64,000 nucleotides of DNA from an uncultured virus (IMG/VR IMGVR_UViG_3300027896_000030) (taxonomy: Duplodnaviria > Heunggongvirae > Uroviricota > Caudoviricetes): the IMG/VR virus record IMGVR_UViG_3300027896_000030; one strand, written 5' to 3'. Position numbers and translations under genes: made by a program. Below are positions 38,840-49,853 of this stretch, piece by piece. The first letter of the stretch is position 1. Every line of letters begins with the position of its first letter. Below the pieces are notes generated by a model. It had not been told where the DNA came from. It did no database searches and worked only from the letters and a program-made list of their open reading frames with translations.

Positions 38840-40216
38840 TCATTTTAGTTCTCCTATTAAAATTTTAAACTGTTCTATTACTTTTTCTGGATTTTCATTC
38901 CAAGATTTTTTAGAAACACAAAAAACAATATAACCAAGTGATGCTAATTTAAGTTGACGATTAATATCTTTTTGAGTATATGTTTTATAATCATCTACAA
39001 AATGGTGTCTCTCATCAAACTCAATAAATAGTTTTAGTTCTGGGATATATCCATCTGGAAAGAAACCAATTATTTTAAAATTTCTATATATTAAATATTC
39101 AGAAATTAATTGAAAATTATCTAAGCATTCTCGTTCTTGCAGTCCTATTCTTGGACTAAGTGGTTCATTATTTAGTTTTTGTTTTTCAATTAGATCAATA
39201 AAATTTTCTCTACAAATTTGTTTACCTGCTTCTGTTTTTGAAAAATGATCATATCCGTATTTTTTAATACATGTTTGTTTATATTGTTCTTGAATTTGTT
39301 TAGATTGTCTTGGGTGGTTAGTACCATAGTGTTTCATACATGTTTGTCTAGATTTTTCTTTAAGTTTTTCCGATTGAAATGGACATTCAACACCAAAATT
39401 TTTTAAATTCGTTTGTTTTACTTTTTCTTTAAATTCTTCTGATTGACTCGCATATTTAAATCCATAATTTTCTAAATTTGTCTGTTTAGATTTTTCTTTA
39501 ATTTCTTCTGATTGTGATGGATTATTAACACCATAGTGTTCTAAGCAAGTTTGTTTTCCTTTTTCTTGAATTTCTTTAGAACAATATGGCGCTGGCCCAC
39601 CAAATTTCTCTTTACATGCAATTTTAAATTTTTCTTTGAATTCTATTACTTGTAATGCATGCTCATAACCATGATTTTTTAACATTGATTGTTTACATTT
39701 ATCTTGAAATTCTTTTAATTTGAATGGATTATCAGCACCGCAATTTTCAATGTTTGTTTGTCTAATTTTTTCTTGAACTTCTTCTGATTGAAAAGGACTT
39801 TTAACACCATAATTTTTTAAACATGTTTGCTCAAATTTTTCTTTAATTTCTTTTGATTGGAGAGGGTACTCAACTCCATGATTTTTTATCATTGATTGTT
39901 TAATTTTATCTTGAATTGTTTTAGATTTAAATACATTATCTACGCCATATTTTTTTAAACTTGTTTCTTTTGCTTTATTTCTAACTTTTGGTGAATTTGC
40001 CATACATTTATGAGAACAATATTTATAATAACCTTTTACGATCGAAATAAAAGAAGTATTTTTTTCACAATAACAAATTCCTTCATTTTCTTTTTTTAAA
40101 AATTGATCGTAATATTCTTTTAAATTTAAATTATGAATTCTTAAATGATGAAAAAAATGATATATAGAACATTCTTTATCACAAATTTTACAAATAATTT
40201 TTTGATTTGTTTTCAT
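38840..40216 (-). CDS. Homing endonuclease-like protein (zinc finger, ~11 x 23-aa repeats, Vsr-like nuclease)
   Basis: YGVxxPxQSxE repeats; [21 protein letters not shown]. Confidence 0.75.
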   Translation of the reverse strand: MKTNQKIICKICDKECSIYHFFHHLRIHNLNLKEYYDQFLKKENEGICYCEKNTSFISIVKGYYKYCSHKCMANSPKVRNKAKETSLKKYGVDNVFKSKTIQDKIKQSMIKNHGVEYPLQSKEIKEKFEQTCLKNYGVKSPFQSEEVQEKIRQTNIENCGADNPFKLKEFQDKCKQSMLKNHGYEHALQVIEFKEKFKIACKEKFGGPAPYCSKEIQEKGKQTCLEHYGVNNPSQSEEIKEKSKQTNLENYGFKYASQSEEFKEKVKQTNLKNFGVECPFQSEKLKEKSRQTCMKHYGTNHPRQSKQIQEQYKQTCIKKYGYDHFSKTEAGKQICRENFIDLIEKQKLNNEPLSPRIGLQERECLDNFQLISEYLIYRNFKIIGFFPDGYIPELKLFIEFDERHHFVDDYKTYTQKDINRQLKLASLGYIVFCVSKKSWNENPEKVIEQFKILIGELK

Positions 40217-40310
40217 AGTGTTAAAAAGAGGGTCTCTAATCTTTCAATTAGAGACCCTCAGAATCGCTTTAAATTTTATAACGATTTATCATATCTAGAT
40301 TTATAACATA

Positions 40311-40550
40311 TTATTTCAAGTGTGCATTGATATCGATAGTGTATCTTTTTTTCGTCTTGAAAGAAGCTGCATATACTATATTGCGCAATGACTGGGCAGT
40401 TTTTCCTTGCTTGCCTATCACTTTGCCTAAATCGCTTTTGTCAACTAAAATTTCAATGATGACGCTGTTGCCACCTTCTATTTCTGTCACTTGTACTCGC
40501 TTTTCAATATCGACAATACTCTTAACAATAGTCTCAATTAGCTGTTTCAT
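40311..40550 (-). CDS. khpA: KH-domain RNA-binding protein, KhpA family
   Basis: MKQLIETIVKSIVD...DLGKVIGKQGKTAQSLRNIV; AAGGA RBS. Confidence 0.85.
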   Translation of the reverse strand: MKQLIETIVKSIVDIEKRVQVTEIEGGNSVIIEILVDKSDLGKVIGKQGKTAQSLRNIVYAASFKTKKRYTIDINAHLK

Positions 40551-40694
40551 TATGTTTTCCTTTGTTATTTTCCGGTGGAACATTTTTAATTTATTCTTTG
40601 GTAAGTGAGTTGATTGCTGAATTTATTATCTGTTCGATTATTCAACTTCTAAAAATGATTATTTTTAATTTATTCAAATTATAAAAAATACAAT

Positions 40695-43600
40695 CTATTT
40701 ATATGTTGTTATTGTTATTCTATTAATCCATATGTTGATATTAGTTGTTATTGGTAATGAGTATATAAAATTATCATCAAATTCTAAAGTGCTACAATAA
40801 CTAGTACCGCTCATTGCGTTTGTATTTGTTATAAGATTGTAACCGGGTGATATTGTATCTATATAAATTTCTGGTCTTGGGTTTGAATTATGTATAAAAA
40901 TTTCTTCTGTAGTTACTGATAAATTAATAAAATCAATAGTTAAAATAACTTCAAAACTATATCCGAATGAACTATTATAAAATGCGTTTGTTTTTATTAC
41001 TATTTTTTTAGTTCCATAAGGTATTTTATATGGCAATATTCTCCACCAATAATTTCTTAATGAAGGAAGACTGCCTCCCGGGATAGTATTAGTATATGTA
41101 ACTAATGCTGATATATTGGTAACTGTATTAAAAAAGTCATAATTGGTTACAAAATTATTTAATGGTGCTGTAGAATCAGTTCCTGTAGATGTATTATACT
41201 GTAATTTAGTATTTACACTTCCATCATAAACACCTCTAACCGATGTGTTAGTATCAACTAATAACTCGGGCTTTGGATTTAATATTATAAAACTATTAGA
41301 ACTAGCATTATATTGCATATTTATTATCTGGTTTGTACCTATCTGATCTAAATATTCATTCGATCCATCAGGTGCAAGTACTGGAAGTAAAGTTATACCA
41401 TCAAGAGTTGTATATAATTGATTAGATCTATTGAAGTGTAATATGCTGATATTATCTAATCTTCCATTACCGCCCGTGTAAGTAAGTATTAATTTATCTA
41501 CTAAAGATCCGTCAAGTGGTAATGTTGCAACATTTTGAACTGTTGTACCATCAGTATTTAAAGTTAAACTTTGTATTGTAGTACCATTTAATTTAGATAC
41601 CACCCCCCAAGCATTAGAACAATAACCAACGGTTACTGGCGCAGCAATTGATCCAGCTTTATTTCTAAAAATAATATTATCTACCATTATGGCGTAAGGA
41701 AGTGTAATAGTGATTGTAGCAGTGCTATTAATAGTAGTTAGAGCTCCAGTATTGCTATAATAATCTGTAGGATTGGTTAGTGTAGTTGCTGGAGAAGAAG
41801 TAGCAGATAAAGCAAATTCTGTTCCTGATCCACCATTATAAATATATTGAATATCTGTTAAAGGTAAAACTTTACTATAGATTCTAAAATCATCTAGTAT
41901 ACCATCAAACCAATGATTATTGTGCCAATTCCAACCAATATAAGGTATTGTATTATTACCGGTTGCTAATGTTCCTGGATAATTACAAATATTACCAGCA
42001 GTAACATTTCTATAAAAAGTTCCATTGATATATACATTAACATCTTTTAAATTGCATGCTATAGCTATATGGATTCCATTTTTCATATCACTTGGACTAA
42101 CCAATTGACTATATGAACCCATTGTATACATTCCTAAACTTTCATCCTGATCGATAAAAATCATCCACGCATAATAAGCAGAAGGATCACCGGTAGTCCA
42201 CCCTTTAGAAATAATAGTTTTCCAGTCACCGGTATTTACACCTCTATCTACTAACCAGAAAGCATATGTGAATGTTGAAGTTGAATTTAAATCACTAGCA
42301 TAACCAACAGCATTGTTTAATGCTATTTTGTTGGTTATATTATGATCAAAATATAATGCACCATTTATTTTATGAAGAGCGGTTACCATTTTAGAAGAAT
42401 TAACTTTATTAGGGGTAGTATAGTCGGTTTTATAAAGATGACCAGGAACCACAAGTGATGAGCTATCAATTACAATATTATCATCAATATTATCATTAAG
42501 TTTAAAATATCTTATTAGATCGGTAGTATAAGAACCACCCGTGTAAATTGTATTTACATTGGTTGAACTTATTTCTTTATTATAGATTCTAAATTCGCTT
42601 AATCTACCATTAAAATAATCGCTATTGCGTGCACCATGTCTACCAATACTAGTACGCACTGTAGGTCCTACACCCGCATAAGCATAAACAGAAGAAGAAA
42701 TAGTATTTGTTAATGATCCATTAATATATACTTTAATATTAGGAGCTTTAAATGTTACTACAACATGGTTCCATACTCTACTAGTAAATGGAGTTAGATT
42801 AGTAGTAAGGCTATATTGTGTACCGCCTAAATATAAATATAATCTAGAATTTATATACAGTTCAAAATTATGTGGTGCGTCATTTGTATTAGATCTACAA
42901 TAGATCATTCCGCTATTTGAATCTGAAAAATTTAACCAGAATGATAAACTAAATTCATTTGTTGATTGAAATGAAAGATCATCGAGTGTATCAGTAACAT
43001 CTAAATCAATAAAATTAGATAAATAACTATTAAATAAGAATCCATAATTGGGAGCATTAGTAAATTTCGATCCTGTTGTTTGTATTGTATTGGTATTATA
43101 TAAAGATACTCCATTAGATGATGCTGTTATTCCTGTATTGACTACTGCTGTAGTAGCTAAATTGTCATTCATACAATACTGACGCCACAAAACTGCACCA
43201 GATCCATTACCCAAAAATAATTGTGATTGATTTGCTATAGCACCACCGCTAACACTTACCATCAAATCTCCGACAGTAAAATGTTCTTCAACTAAACCAG
43301 CTATTTGATTATTAAGCATTATTTGATACGTGGATTGATTTGCTGGATTTAAATTATATGAACTTAAATCAATTGTACTATTATTTATAAAATTCGCATA
43401 TAAAATATCACTAGTAGAATTTGATCCAGATTTAATACCCACTGTATCAGATGTTGAACTATAAGTTAATTCATACACTTGCCCCACTATAATATCGCCA
43501 GCTAGTATAGGAATACTACTTAATCCAAATCCATTTTTAACCAAAATTTTTGATCCTAGTAAAGATGCAGTAACTGGATTCCATACATTTATAGTAGTTA

Positions 43601-46250
43601 CATTATCACCATTAACAGTATTTGTAATAGAAGCTATAAATCTCATTCTCATACCATCTAAATATACACTGGGTGCGTCATTTTGATTACTATAACTATC
43701 AGATGATGGTGCTAATACAATATCTGAAGTAGTACTACCATGAAGACCATCAACATAAAAATCACCATTAGCCGCAGCATCTTGTAATGCTACTGATTTC
43801 CATGTTCCATCTGATGATAGATATAATGTATCTGCACTCTCTATAACTTCATCTGTTGTTGGTCCTACAACTGAGCCATTACCCATTGGATTATAGGGAT
43901 TAACAATTCTAAATTTAGTTGAATCATTTGCATTTTTTACAATATATGCTCTTCTAGGATAAGCAGCTGCAGCTGCAGTCCAGTTTGTTGTTGGTGCTAC
44001 AGGAGAACCCACAGCCGCACTAGCAGTCCATTTAAAAGTAGTGGTATCCCAACTAATATCAGACCAGATCCAAGTTGTTGAATTAGCTGTATATGCTGTT
44101 GACCAATCTGTACTAATACTACTTGTAGATGTTCCCCATCTAATTTCAAATTCACTGCTAACCGGTTGAATTATTTTGGGTACGTTATTAATAGTTGGTG
44201 GACTAGAAGACCAAGAACCAGATAAAGTTGCTTCTGTTGGGTCTCGTGGTGTTCTCCACCAAGAATTATCAGAAGTAACAAAAATTAATCTACCATAATC
44301 AAGAGTTGTATTTAATCCTGATTTTGTTATAGTATTCCAAACATAAGTACTATTTTGTGCAGTAAACCACATTTGAAATTCGTAATAATTTTCAAATATT
44401 ACTGTACTATGGTCTGTAGCTGAAGGAACAATAACATCAGGTACTTGCCATGTACCATCTGATGCTAAGAATTTTTGACTCGTACCAGATTCAACTTCAG
44501 AGGTTAGAGGTCCTCTAACAAAATTATCTCCTGGAGGATTAGTAGGATTAACAAGTCTAAATTCTGTTGTATGACTAGGAACTGTGCTAAATACTACATA
44601 TGCTTTTTGTGTTGGATTGGTCCATTGAGTAATTGCAGCAGTTAAACTGGTACCTGGTGCACCTGTTCCACTAGCAACAGCTTCCCAATGATCTATATTC
44701 CATGTTATCGTACTCCATATCCATGATGCAGAATTTATAGTATATGCAGTTGCCCATTCTGCTATACTTTGAGCTGATGGTGTAACTGGATCTACCCAAT
44801 TTGAAGAAGTTGTGCCCCATCTAACATTAAATTCACCGGTTCCGCCACCCGCAGCACCGCCACCACTACCACTACTACTGAATACTCTATATGCTAATTC
44901 ATCTAATGCTTGTGATACATTAAGCGGTTTATTATTCCAATATTTTAGTTGAGTAAGATAATTATATGTTACTTTAGTGGCGTCTATATAAGCTAAATCT
45001 TTTCTACCGGGATAATAAACTATAGCATCAACTGTTTGAGCATCAACGAATCTTAGTTTAGCTAAAATAAGATAGTCTTCACCATATCTGGCATCTGAAA
45101 TTTCTGACTCTTTGACAAGACCGATATAAGCGTTATTAGGAATTGGGTTTTTGAAATAAGAATAATAAACGCAAAGATATGCCCAGTTTACATAAGCAGT
45201 AGTACTACCAGAAGTATTTCCAACAATTTTAACAACATTCGGAGTACTGCCATCATCAAATAAAGTAATAGTCAATAAACCAGCAGCAGTAAAAGATGGA
45301 GTAGCTGTTACTGGAACTCCACCATTAACCGTATAATATGTTACAGCAGAGACAGGAAAATCAGTTGCTCCAAACGGAACACCACTAATCCAACTATTGG
45401 GATCTAAATAATTTAAAGTTAATACTGGGGTTTCGTTAGATGTTCCTGTAAATGTAAGGGTGGTTTCATCTTTAATACATACACCGGGTGAAACCATACA
45501 TTCAATATGTGGGTGAAGACTATAAACTGGAATTCTTGTAGAATCCAAACTAGTACCAAGATATAAATCGGGTGTTTCTGATTTTGGAAGAGTAATGGGA
45601 CTAATATCTGTTCCCATATTAATAACTTGTGTTAGTATAATATTATCTAAATATGCTGTTGTATCAGAAGTACTGTCTTGACTATCTAATTCAACAGTAA
45701 AAATTACATTAAGAGGTTCTGGACCACTAGCAGACAATTGAATATAGCACACATAATTGCCTGCGGTGGGATGATCATAACTCTTAGTTTCGTTTCCTAA
45801 AATGATGAATAAACTTTTTGGAACATTTGTTAAACTAAACTGTACTTTAATATAATAACCAACAAGCGAAAAATCTAAAGCGGTATTATAAGTAAGAGTT
45901 GCAGTAGCAGAAAGATCTGGACTTGGAATATATGCTTTTACTGATTGTGTTGTGTAATCCCATTCAAAATTAACACCGGTCCAATTATCAAAACCACTAC
46001 TACCAGAAGAACTCGAACTACTCAATGGAAAAGTTTCATCGATAATTGGTACAGGATTTAATACTTCACTGTTAATTGTATTAACGCCAGTAACATCAAG
46101 GCCACCAACCACGAAGTCGTTGTTTTTTCCGCCAGTCACAATTCTCGTGAGCATGTTGCAATTATCTGAATTGAAGCTCGAATATGGATTAATAGCAATT
46201 TCATGGATAGGAGATAAGTTTGGATTTGATGAAATTCGGCGACTAGGCAT
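40695..46250 (-). CDS. Large tail/fibre protein with two LamG (ConA-like) domains
   Basis: WNHVVVTF...YING...FNGRLSEFRIYN and FDGILDDFRIYS; FLASDGTW / YLSSDGTW fibre repeats. Confidence 0.75.
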   Translation of the reverse strand: MPSRRISSNPNLSPIHEIAINPYSSFNSDNCNMLTRIVTGGKNNDFVVGGLDVTGVNTINSEVLNPVPIIDETFPLSSSSSSGSSGFDNWTGVNFEWDYTTQSVKAYIPSPDLSATATLTYNTALDFSLVGYYIKVQFSLTNVPKSLFIILGNETKSYDHPTAGNYVCYIQLSASGPEPLNVIFTVELDSQDSTSDTTAYLDNIILTQVINMGTDISPITLPKSETPDLYLGTSLDSTRIPVYSLHPHIECMVSPGVCIKDETTLTFTGTSNETPVLTLNYLDPNSWISGVPFGATDFPVSAVTYYTVNGGVPVTATPSFTAAGLLTITLFDDGSTPNVVKIVGNTSGSTTAYVNWAYLCVYYSYFKNPIPNNAYIGLVKESEISDARYGEDYLILAKLRFVDAQTVDAIVYYPGRKDLAYIDATKVTYNYLTQLKYWNNKPLNVSQALDELAYRVFSSSGSGGGAAGGGTGEFNVRWGTTSSNWVDPVTPSAQSIAEWATAYTINSASWIWSTITWNIDHWEAVASGTGAPGTSLTAAITQWTNPTQKAYVVFSTVPSHTTEFRLVNPTNPPGDNFVRGPLTSEVESGTSQKFLASDGTWQVPDVIVPSATDHSTVIFENYYEFQMWFTAQNSTYVWNTITKSGLNTTLDYGRLIFVTSDNSWWRTPRDPTEATLSGSWSSSPPTINNVPKIIQPVSSEFEIRWGTSTSSISTDWSTAYTANSTTWIWSDISWDTTTFKWTASAAVGSPVAPTTNWTAAAAAYPRRAYIVKNANDSTKFRIVNPYNPMGNGSVVGPTTDEVIESADTLYLSSDGTWKSVALQDAAANGDFYVDGLHGSTTSDIVLAPSSDSYSNQNDAPSVYLDGMRMRFIASITNTVNGDNVTTINVWNPVTASLLGSKILVKNGFGLSSIPILAGDIIVGQVYELTYSSTSDTVGIKSGSNSTSDILYANFINNSTIDLSSYNLNPANQSTYQIMLNNQIAGLVEEHFTVGDLMVSVSGGAIANQSQLFLGNGSGAVLWRQYCMNDNLATTAVVNTGITASSNGVSLYNTNTIQTTGSKFTNAPNYGFLFNSYLSNFIDLDVTDTLDDLSFQSTNEFSLSFWLNFSDSNSGMIYCRSNTNDAPHNFELYINSRLYLYLGGTQYSLTTNLTPFTSRVWNHVVVTFKAPNIKVYINGSLTNTISSSVYAYAGVGPTVRTSIGRHGARNSDYFNGRLSEFRIYNKEISSTNVNTIYTGGSYTTDLIRYFKLNDNIDDNIVIDSSSLVVPGHLYKTDYTTPNKVNSSKMVTALHKINGALYFDHNITNKIALNNAVGYASDLNSTSTFTYAFWLVDRGVNTGDWKTIISKGWTTGDPSAYYAWMIFIDQDESLGMYTMGSYSQLVSPSDMKNGIHIAIACNLKDVNVYINGTFYRNVTAGNICNYPGTLATGNNTIPYIGWNWHNNHWFDGILDDFRIYSKVLPLTDIQYIYNGGSGTEFALSATSSPATTLTNPTDYYSNTGALTTINSTATITITLPYAIMVDNIIFRNKAGSIAAPVTVGYCSNAWGVVSKLNGTTIQSLTLNTDGTTVQNVATLPLDGSLVDKLILTYTGGNGRLDNISILHFNRSNQLYTTLDGITLLPVLAPDGSNEYLDQIGTNQIINMQYNASSNSFIILNPKPELLVDTNTSVRGVYDGSVNTKLQYNTSTGTDSTAPLNNFVTNYDFFNTVTNISALVTYTNTIPGGSLPSLRNYWWRILPYKIPYGTKKIVIKTNAFYNSSFGYSFEVILTIDFINLSVTTEEIFIHNSNPRPEIYIDTISPGYNLITNTNAMSGTSYCSTLEFDDNFIYSLPITTNINIWINRITITTYK

Positions 46251-47229
46251 TGTTGATCTCCTGTAGCTGTTTAAATTGGTTTATAATTTGTTCTGGATTT
46301 TCTTCCCATGATCTTTGAGAAACTCTAAAAATGATATATCCAAGTGATGCTAATTGAAGAGTACAATCAATATCATCTTGTTTATAGATAGTCATTTTTT
46401 TATTTTCGAAATGCTGCCGTTCATCAAATTGAATAAAAAGTTTTAATTCCGGAATATGACCATCGGGATATCGTCCAACAATATATCTAAAAGAAGAATC
46501 ATTTCGAATAATATTATAAACAGAATATTTTTGCAATTCATTTAAAAATATTCGTTCTATATCTCCAATTTTTACATTTAATGGTTCACCATTTAATTTT
46601 TGATTTTCAATCATTCTTATACAATTGATTCTTGATGATTGTTTTCCTTGTGGTGTTTTCACCCAATGATCAACACCCCAATTTTTTATAGATGTTTTTA
46701 TTTTTTTTAATTTAACTTCTTCTGATTGCATTGGGTTTTCAACACCACGTTTTTCTAAATGTATTTGTTTAATCTTTTCTTTAATTTCTTCTGATTGACT
46801 TGAATTAGGTACACCAAATTTTTCTATATTTGTTAGTTTAATCTGTTCTTGAATTTCTTTTGATTGGAACGGATTTTCAACACCATAATTTTTTAAACAT
46901 GTTTGTTTCTTCTTTAATTTAATTTTTTCAGATTGATTTGAACTTGGAAAACCCCAGTGTTTTATATTTGTTTGTATTTTCTTTAATTTAATTTCTTTTG
47001 ATTGACTTGTATATTCATAACCATATTTTTTTATACATGTTTGTTTAGATTTTTCTTTAATTTCTTTTAATTGAGTTACTGATTTAACGCCATATTTTTT
47101 TAAACATGTTTGTTTTCTTTTTAAATCAACAGACGCATCTCTTTTTATACCTCTACAATTATGCCCGTTCAAAAACTTATTTTTTTCATGAGTTACTTCT
47201 TTACCACAATCACACTGACATAAATTCAT
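46243..47229 (-). CDS. Homing endonuclease-like protein (23-aa repeats + Vsr-like nuclease)
   Basis: [30 protein letters not shown]. Confidence 0.75.
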   Translation of the reverse strand: MNLCQCDCGKEVTHEKNKFLNGHNCRGIKRDASVDLKRKQTCLKKYGVKSVTQLKEIKEKSKQTCIKKYGYEYTSQSKEIKLKKIQTNIKHWGFPSSNQSEKIKLKKKQTCLKNYGVENPFQSKEIQEQIKLTNIEKFGVPNSSQSEEIKEKIKQIHLEKRGVENPMQSEEVKLKKIKTSIKNWGVDHWVKTPQGKQSSRINCIRMIENQKLNGEPLNVKIGDIERIFLNELQKYSVYNIIRNDSSFRYIVGRYPDGHIPELKLFIQFDERQHFENKKMTIYKQDDIDCTLQLASLGYIIFRVSQRSWEENPEQIINQFKQLQEINNA

Positions 47230-47342
47230 ACCATTAAAAATTCCTATGAGATTCAAATATCATGAACTAAAATCATTTTAATTTATTCGTTTGTATCGAT
47301 GAAAAAAAACTATTATAGAACATAGTTCAATTTTCTACTGTT

Positions 47343-47927
47343 TCATAATGGAGGAAAATAATAGGGTGGTGGTATTGTTATTCTGTTCGTTGTTCTATCT
47401 TGAGAATCGTGTTTATGATAGCATTTTATCGTTTGATATAGATTCTGAACTTCATAGTTTTTATGTAATTCGTAGACAATGCGATTATCACACCCAGGGT
47501 TGCCCAAACTAAAATCACATTCTACATCTTTTAAGTTTAATGGTGTTTTAAAAATCCATACATCTTGACTACAAGAACTAATTAAGTCAGTTCTTGATAA
47601 AGCTAATACTGTTTTATTAAAATCTATATCGTTACATGCTTTTAAAGTATCATCAAAATAGATATCTAAATTAGAAACGATAATTATATCTTTAAGATTA
47701 TTATTCGCATATTTAAAGAAATCAGAATAATTCATTCTTTCTTTAAATTCAACTAATTGACATTTATTTATACTATGTATAAATTGATATTTTTCTAATT
47801 CATCAACAAATACTATTATTTTTGTAATGATGGGATTGTCTATATTTTTTTTCAGACAAAATAAAAACTCATCATTCCTGATACTATTTGAATGAGTAAA
47901 ATAGTTTATTAAGAGTGTTATATCCAT
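47343..47927 (-). CDS. Glycosyltransferase-like protein (GT-A-like)
   Basis: NLDIYFD, ALSR, SQDVWIF, GNPGCDNR motifs. Confidence 0.55.
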   Translation of the reverse strand: MDITLLINYFTHSNSIRNDEFLFCLKKNIDNPIITKIIVFVDELEKYQFIHSINKCQLVEFKERMNYSDFFKYANNNLKDIIIVSNLDIYFDDTLKACNDIDFNKTVLALSRTDLISSCSQDVWIFKTPLNLKDVECDFSLGNPGCDNRIVYELHKNYEVQNLYQTIKCYHKHDSQDRTTNRITIPPPYYFPPL

Positions 47928-48793
47928 AATTTAAAATGATCTTCCATGATCTTAGCCATCTGATCATAAGTATGAAAATTGCTAATATCTGGTTTAATAT
48001 ATTTATTATAATCTAGTAAATATATTAATTCTTCTTTATTTTTAAAAGATTTTACATTAAAGATTTCTCGAATGGTTTTTTGCAATGAACATTCGTTGTG
48101 TATTAAAATCTTGGATCCACATGAAACAAAATCAATTATACCGTATGCAAAACTTTCAGAATGAGTGATAATATAATTATCTATTGGTTGTATAGTTTTT
48201 AAATATTCTTGATATGGTTTAACCGGAATGGATATTTCTGTATTTTTTAACATACTATAATCTTCTGGAAATCTAGTGTGTTTATATACTTTATAACCAG
48301 AATTTATTAACCAAGATGAAATTTGGTTTGATTTATCTATATTTTGTCCACTAGTATTATTTAACCAATCTGGCCAGCAATGATCTAGAAAAATAGATTT
48401 TGGTTCTTTGTTTGAAGTTTCAAATCCTAACCATGGAAATTTTAATAAAGTAATATTTTTAGAATTTAAATGATAGGTATTATAGTTTGTTTTATTAAAC
48501 ATAAACGCATGATCAACATCCGGTGTTGGTATTTCTAAAAATGATACTATTTTTTTGGCGTCTAGTTTAAATTTCCATTGTTGTATATTTGCTGCATCAT
48601 TGACAAATAATATAGATATTACAATATCAACTTTTTGATCTATATTAACTCCTCCATTTAATATGTGATATGGATATACGATGTGTCCTAATTTTCTTAA
48701 TGATTTTGTTAAATACATACTCATAACACTAAAACAATTTGTACTATTCTCGCCCATTTCATCAATATAATATCCAATAATAGCAATTTTCAT
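47918..48793 (-). CDS. Glycosyltransferase-like protein (GT-B-like)
   Basis: MKIAII...LRKLGHIV...ESFAYGIIDF. Confidence 0.5.
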   Translation of the reverse strand: MKIAIIGYYIDEMGENSTNCFSVMSMYLTKSLRKLGHIVYPYHILNGGVNIDQKVDIVISILFVNDAANIQQWKFKLDAKKIVSFLEIPTPDVDHAFMFNKTNYNTYHLNSKNITLLKFPWLGFETSNKEPKSIFLDHCWPDWLNNTSGQNIDKSNQISSWLINSGYKVYKHTRFPEDYSMLKNTEISIPVKPYQEYLKTIQPIDNYIITHSESFAYGIIDFVSCGSKILIHNECSLQKTIREIFNVKSFKNKEELIYLLDYNKYIKPDISNFHTYDQMAKIMEDHFKLWI

Positions 48794-48794
48794 A

Positions 48795-49853
48795 TTATCT
48801 TATTCGCTCTCTAATTAATTTTCTAAATAAATCAAAATATTGGTTACTTCTTTCTTTCCAATCCCAAGATTTAATCATGTTCTGCATGTTCTCTGCTGCT
48901 GTTGAATTTTTTATTGCTTCTTTAATTCCATCAAATAAAGATTGGGCGCTAGTATCACAAAGATATCCATTAACGCCATGAGTTATTAATTCTGGCATAT
49001 TTCCTACGCGAGTAGATACTGGAATACAACCACACGCCGAGGATTCTATTCCGGGATTTGGTGTGCCTTCACATGAACTGGGTACGACATAGATGCTACC
49101 TGTATTATACCATTCTCGCATTTGATTTTGATTCATTCTGTTTGGTCCCATAGAATCAACCAATCTGAGATCATAAGGAATATTTTCTTTTCTAAGCATT
49201 TGGCTTAATGGAACTATGATAGTATCATAATTTTTAACTGCTTTATGAATGATAGATCCAATCCATAAAACTTTTGGTTTTCGTTCTGTGATTGGGGTTG
49301 TTACGTGAAATTTATTTAAGTCTACCCCATTTGATATAGAACATGTTTTTGGAAGTTTACCATATTTTTCCCACATTTCTAGATTGTTACAAACAACAAA
49401 ATCTGAAGGTCCAAGACAATCTGTCATTAGTTGATTGTTGTAATTCCAACCAAGAGAATATATCGTTACTAAGATGGTATGATTTGATGATGAATTAATG
49501 TGATTTTTTGTGTTACCCGCATCACCGTGACACATCTGTAAAACTAGATCACAATTAGAGCTTTTCAAAAAATTACAATCATTGGTATTTATTTCACATG
49601 TAATATTCATATCTACAGGAGCATATTTTTTCATTATCAAACATTGCCAATAATATGCCCAACCCACCGAATCATATATCAACTTAATATCATATACTGA
49701 TTTATTTTTAAAGTTTGGTTTTTCTATAATATGATTTCTTGATTTGTTTATAGAAGAAATTCTTGATCTACCCACAGGAGGAATAATACTTCTTACTGTA
49801 CCTGTTTGTGGCAGTCTAATACAATGTTTATTAAATGGATTTATTGTTTTCAT
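48795..49853 (-). CDS. GT4-family glycosyltransferase
   Basis: NGVD...EGTPNPGIESSACG...VG...GVNGYL. Confidence 0.85.
   Translation of the reverse strand: MKTINPFNKHCIRLPQTGTVRSIIPPVGRSRISSINKSRNHIIEKPNFKNKSVYDIKLIYDSVGWAYYWQCLIMKKYAPVDMNITCEINTNDCNFLKSSNCDLVLQMCHGDAGNTKNHINSSSNHTILVTIYSLGWNYNNQLMTDCLGPSDFVVCNNLEMWEKYGKLPKTCSISNGVDLNKFHVTTPITERKPKVLWIGSIIHKAVKNYDTIIVPLSQMLRKENIPYDLRLVDSMGPNRMNQNQMREWYNTGSIYVVPSSCEGTPNPGIESSACGCIPVSTRVGNMPELITHGVNGYLCDTSAQSLFDGIKEAIKNSTAAENMQNMIKSWDWKERSNQYFDLFRKLIRERIR

Noticed and set aside
40695..46250. Diversity-generating retroelement target
   Set aside because: No reverse transcriptase or template/variable repeat pair was seen in the window.
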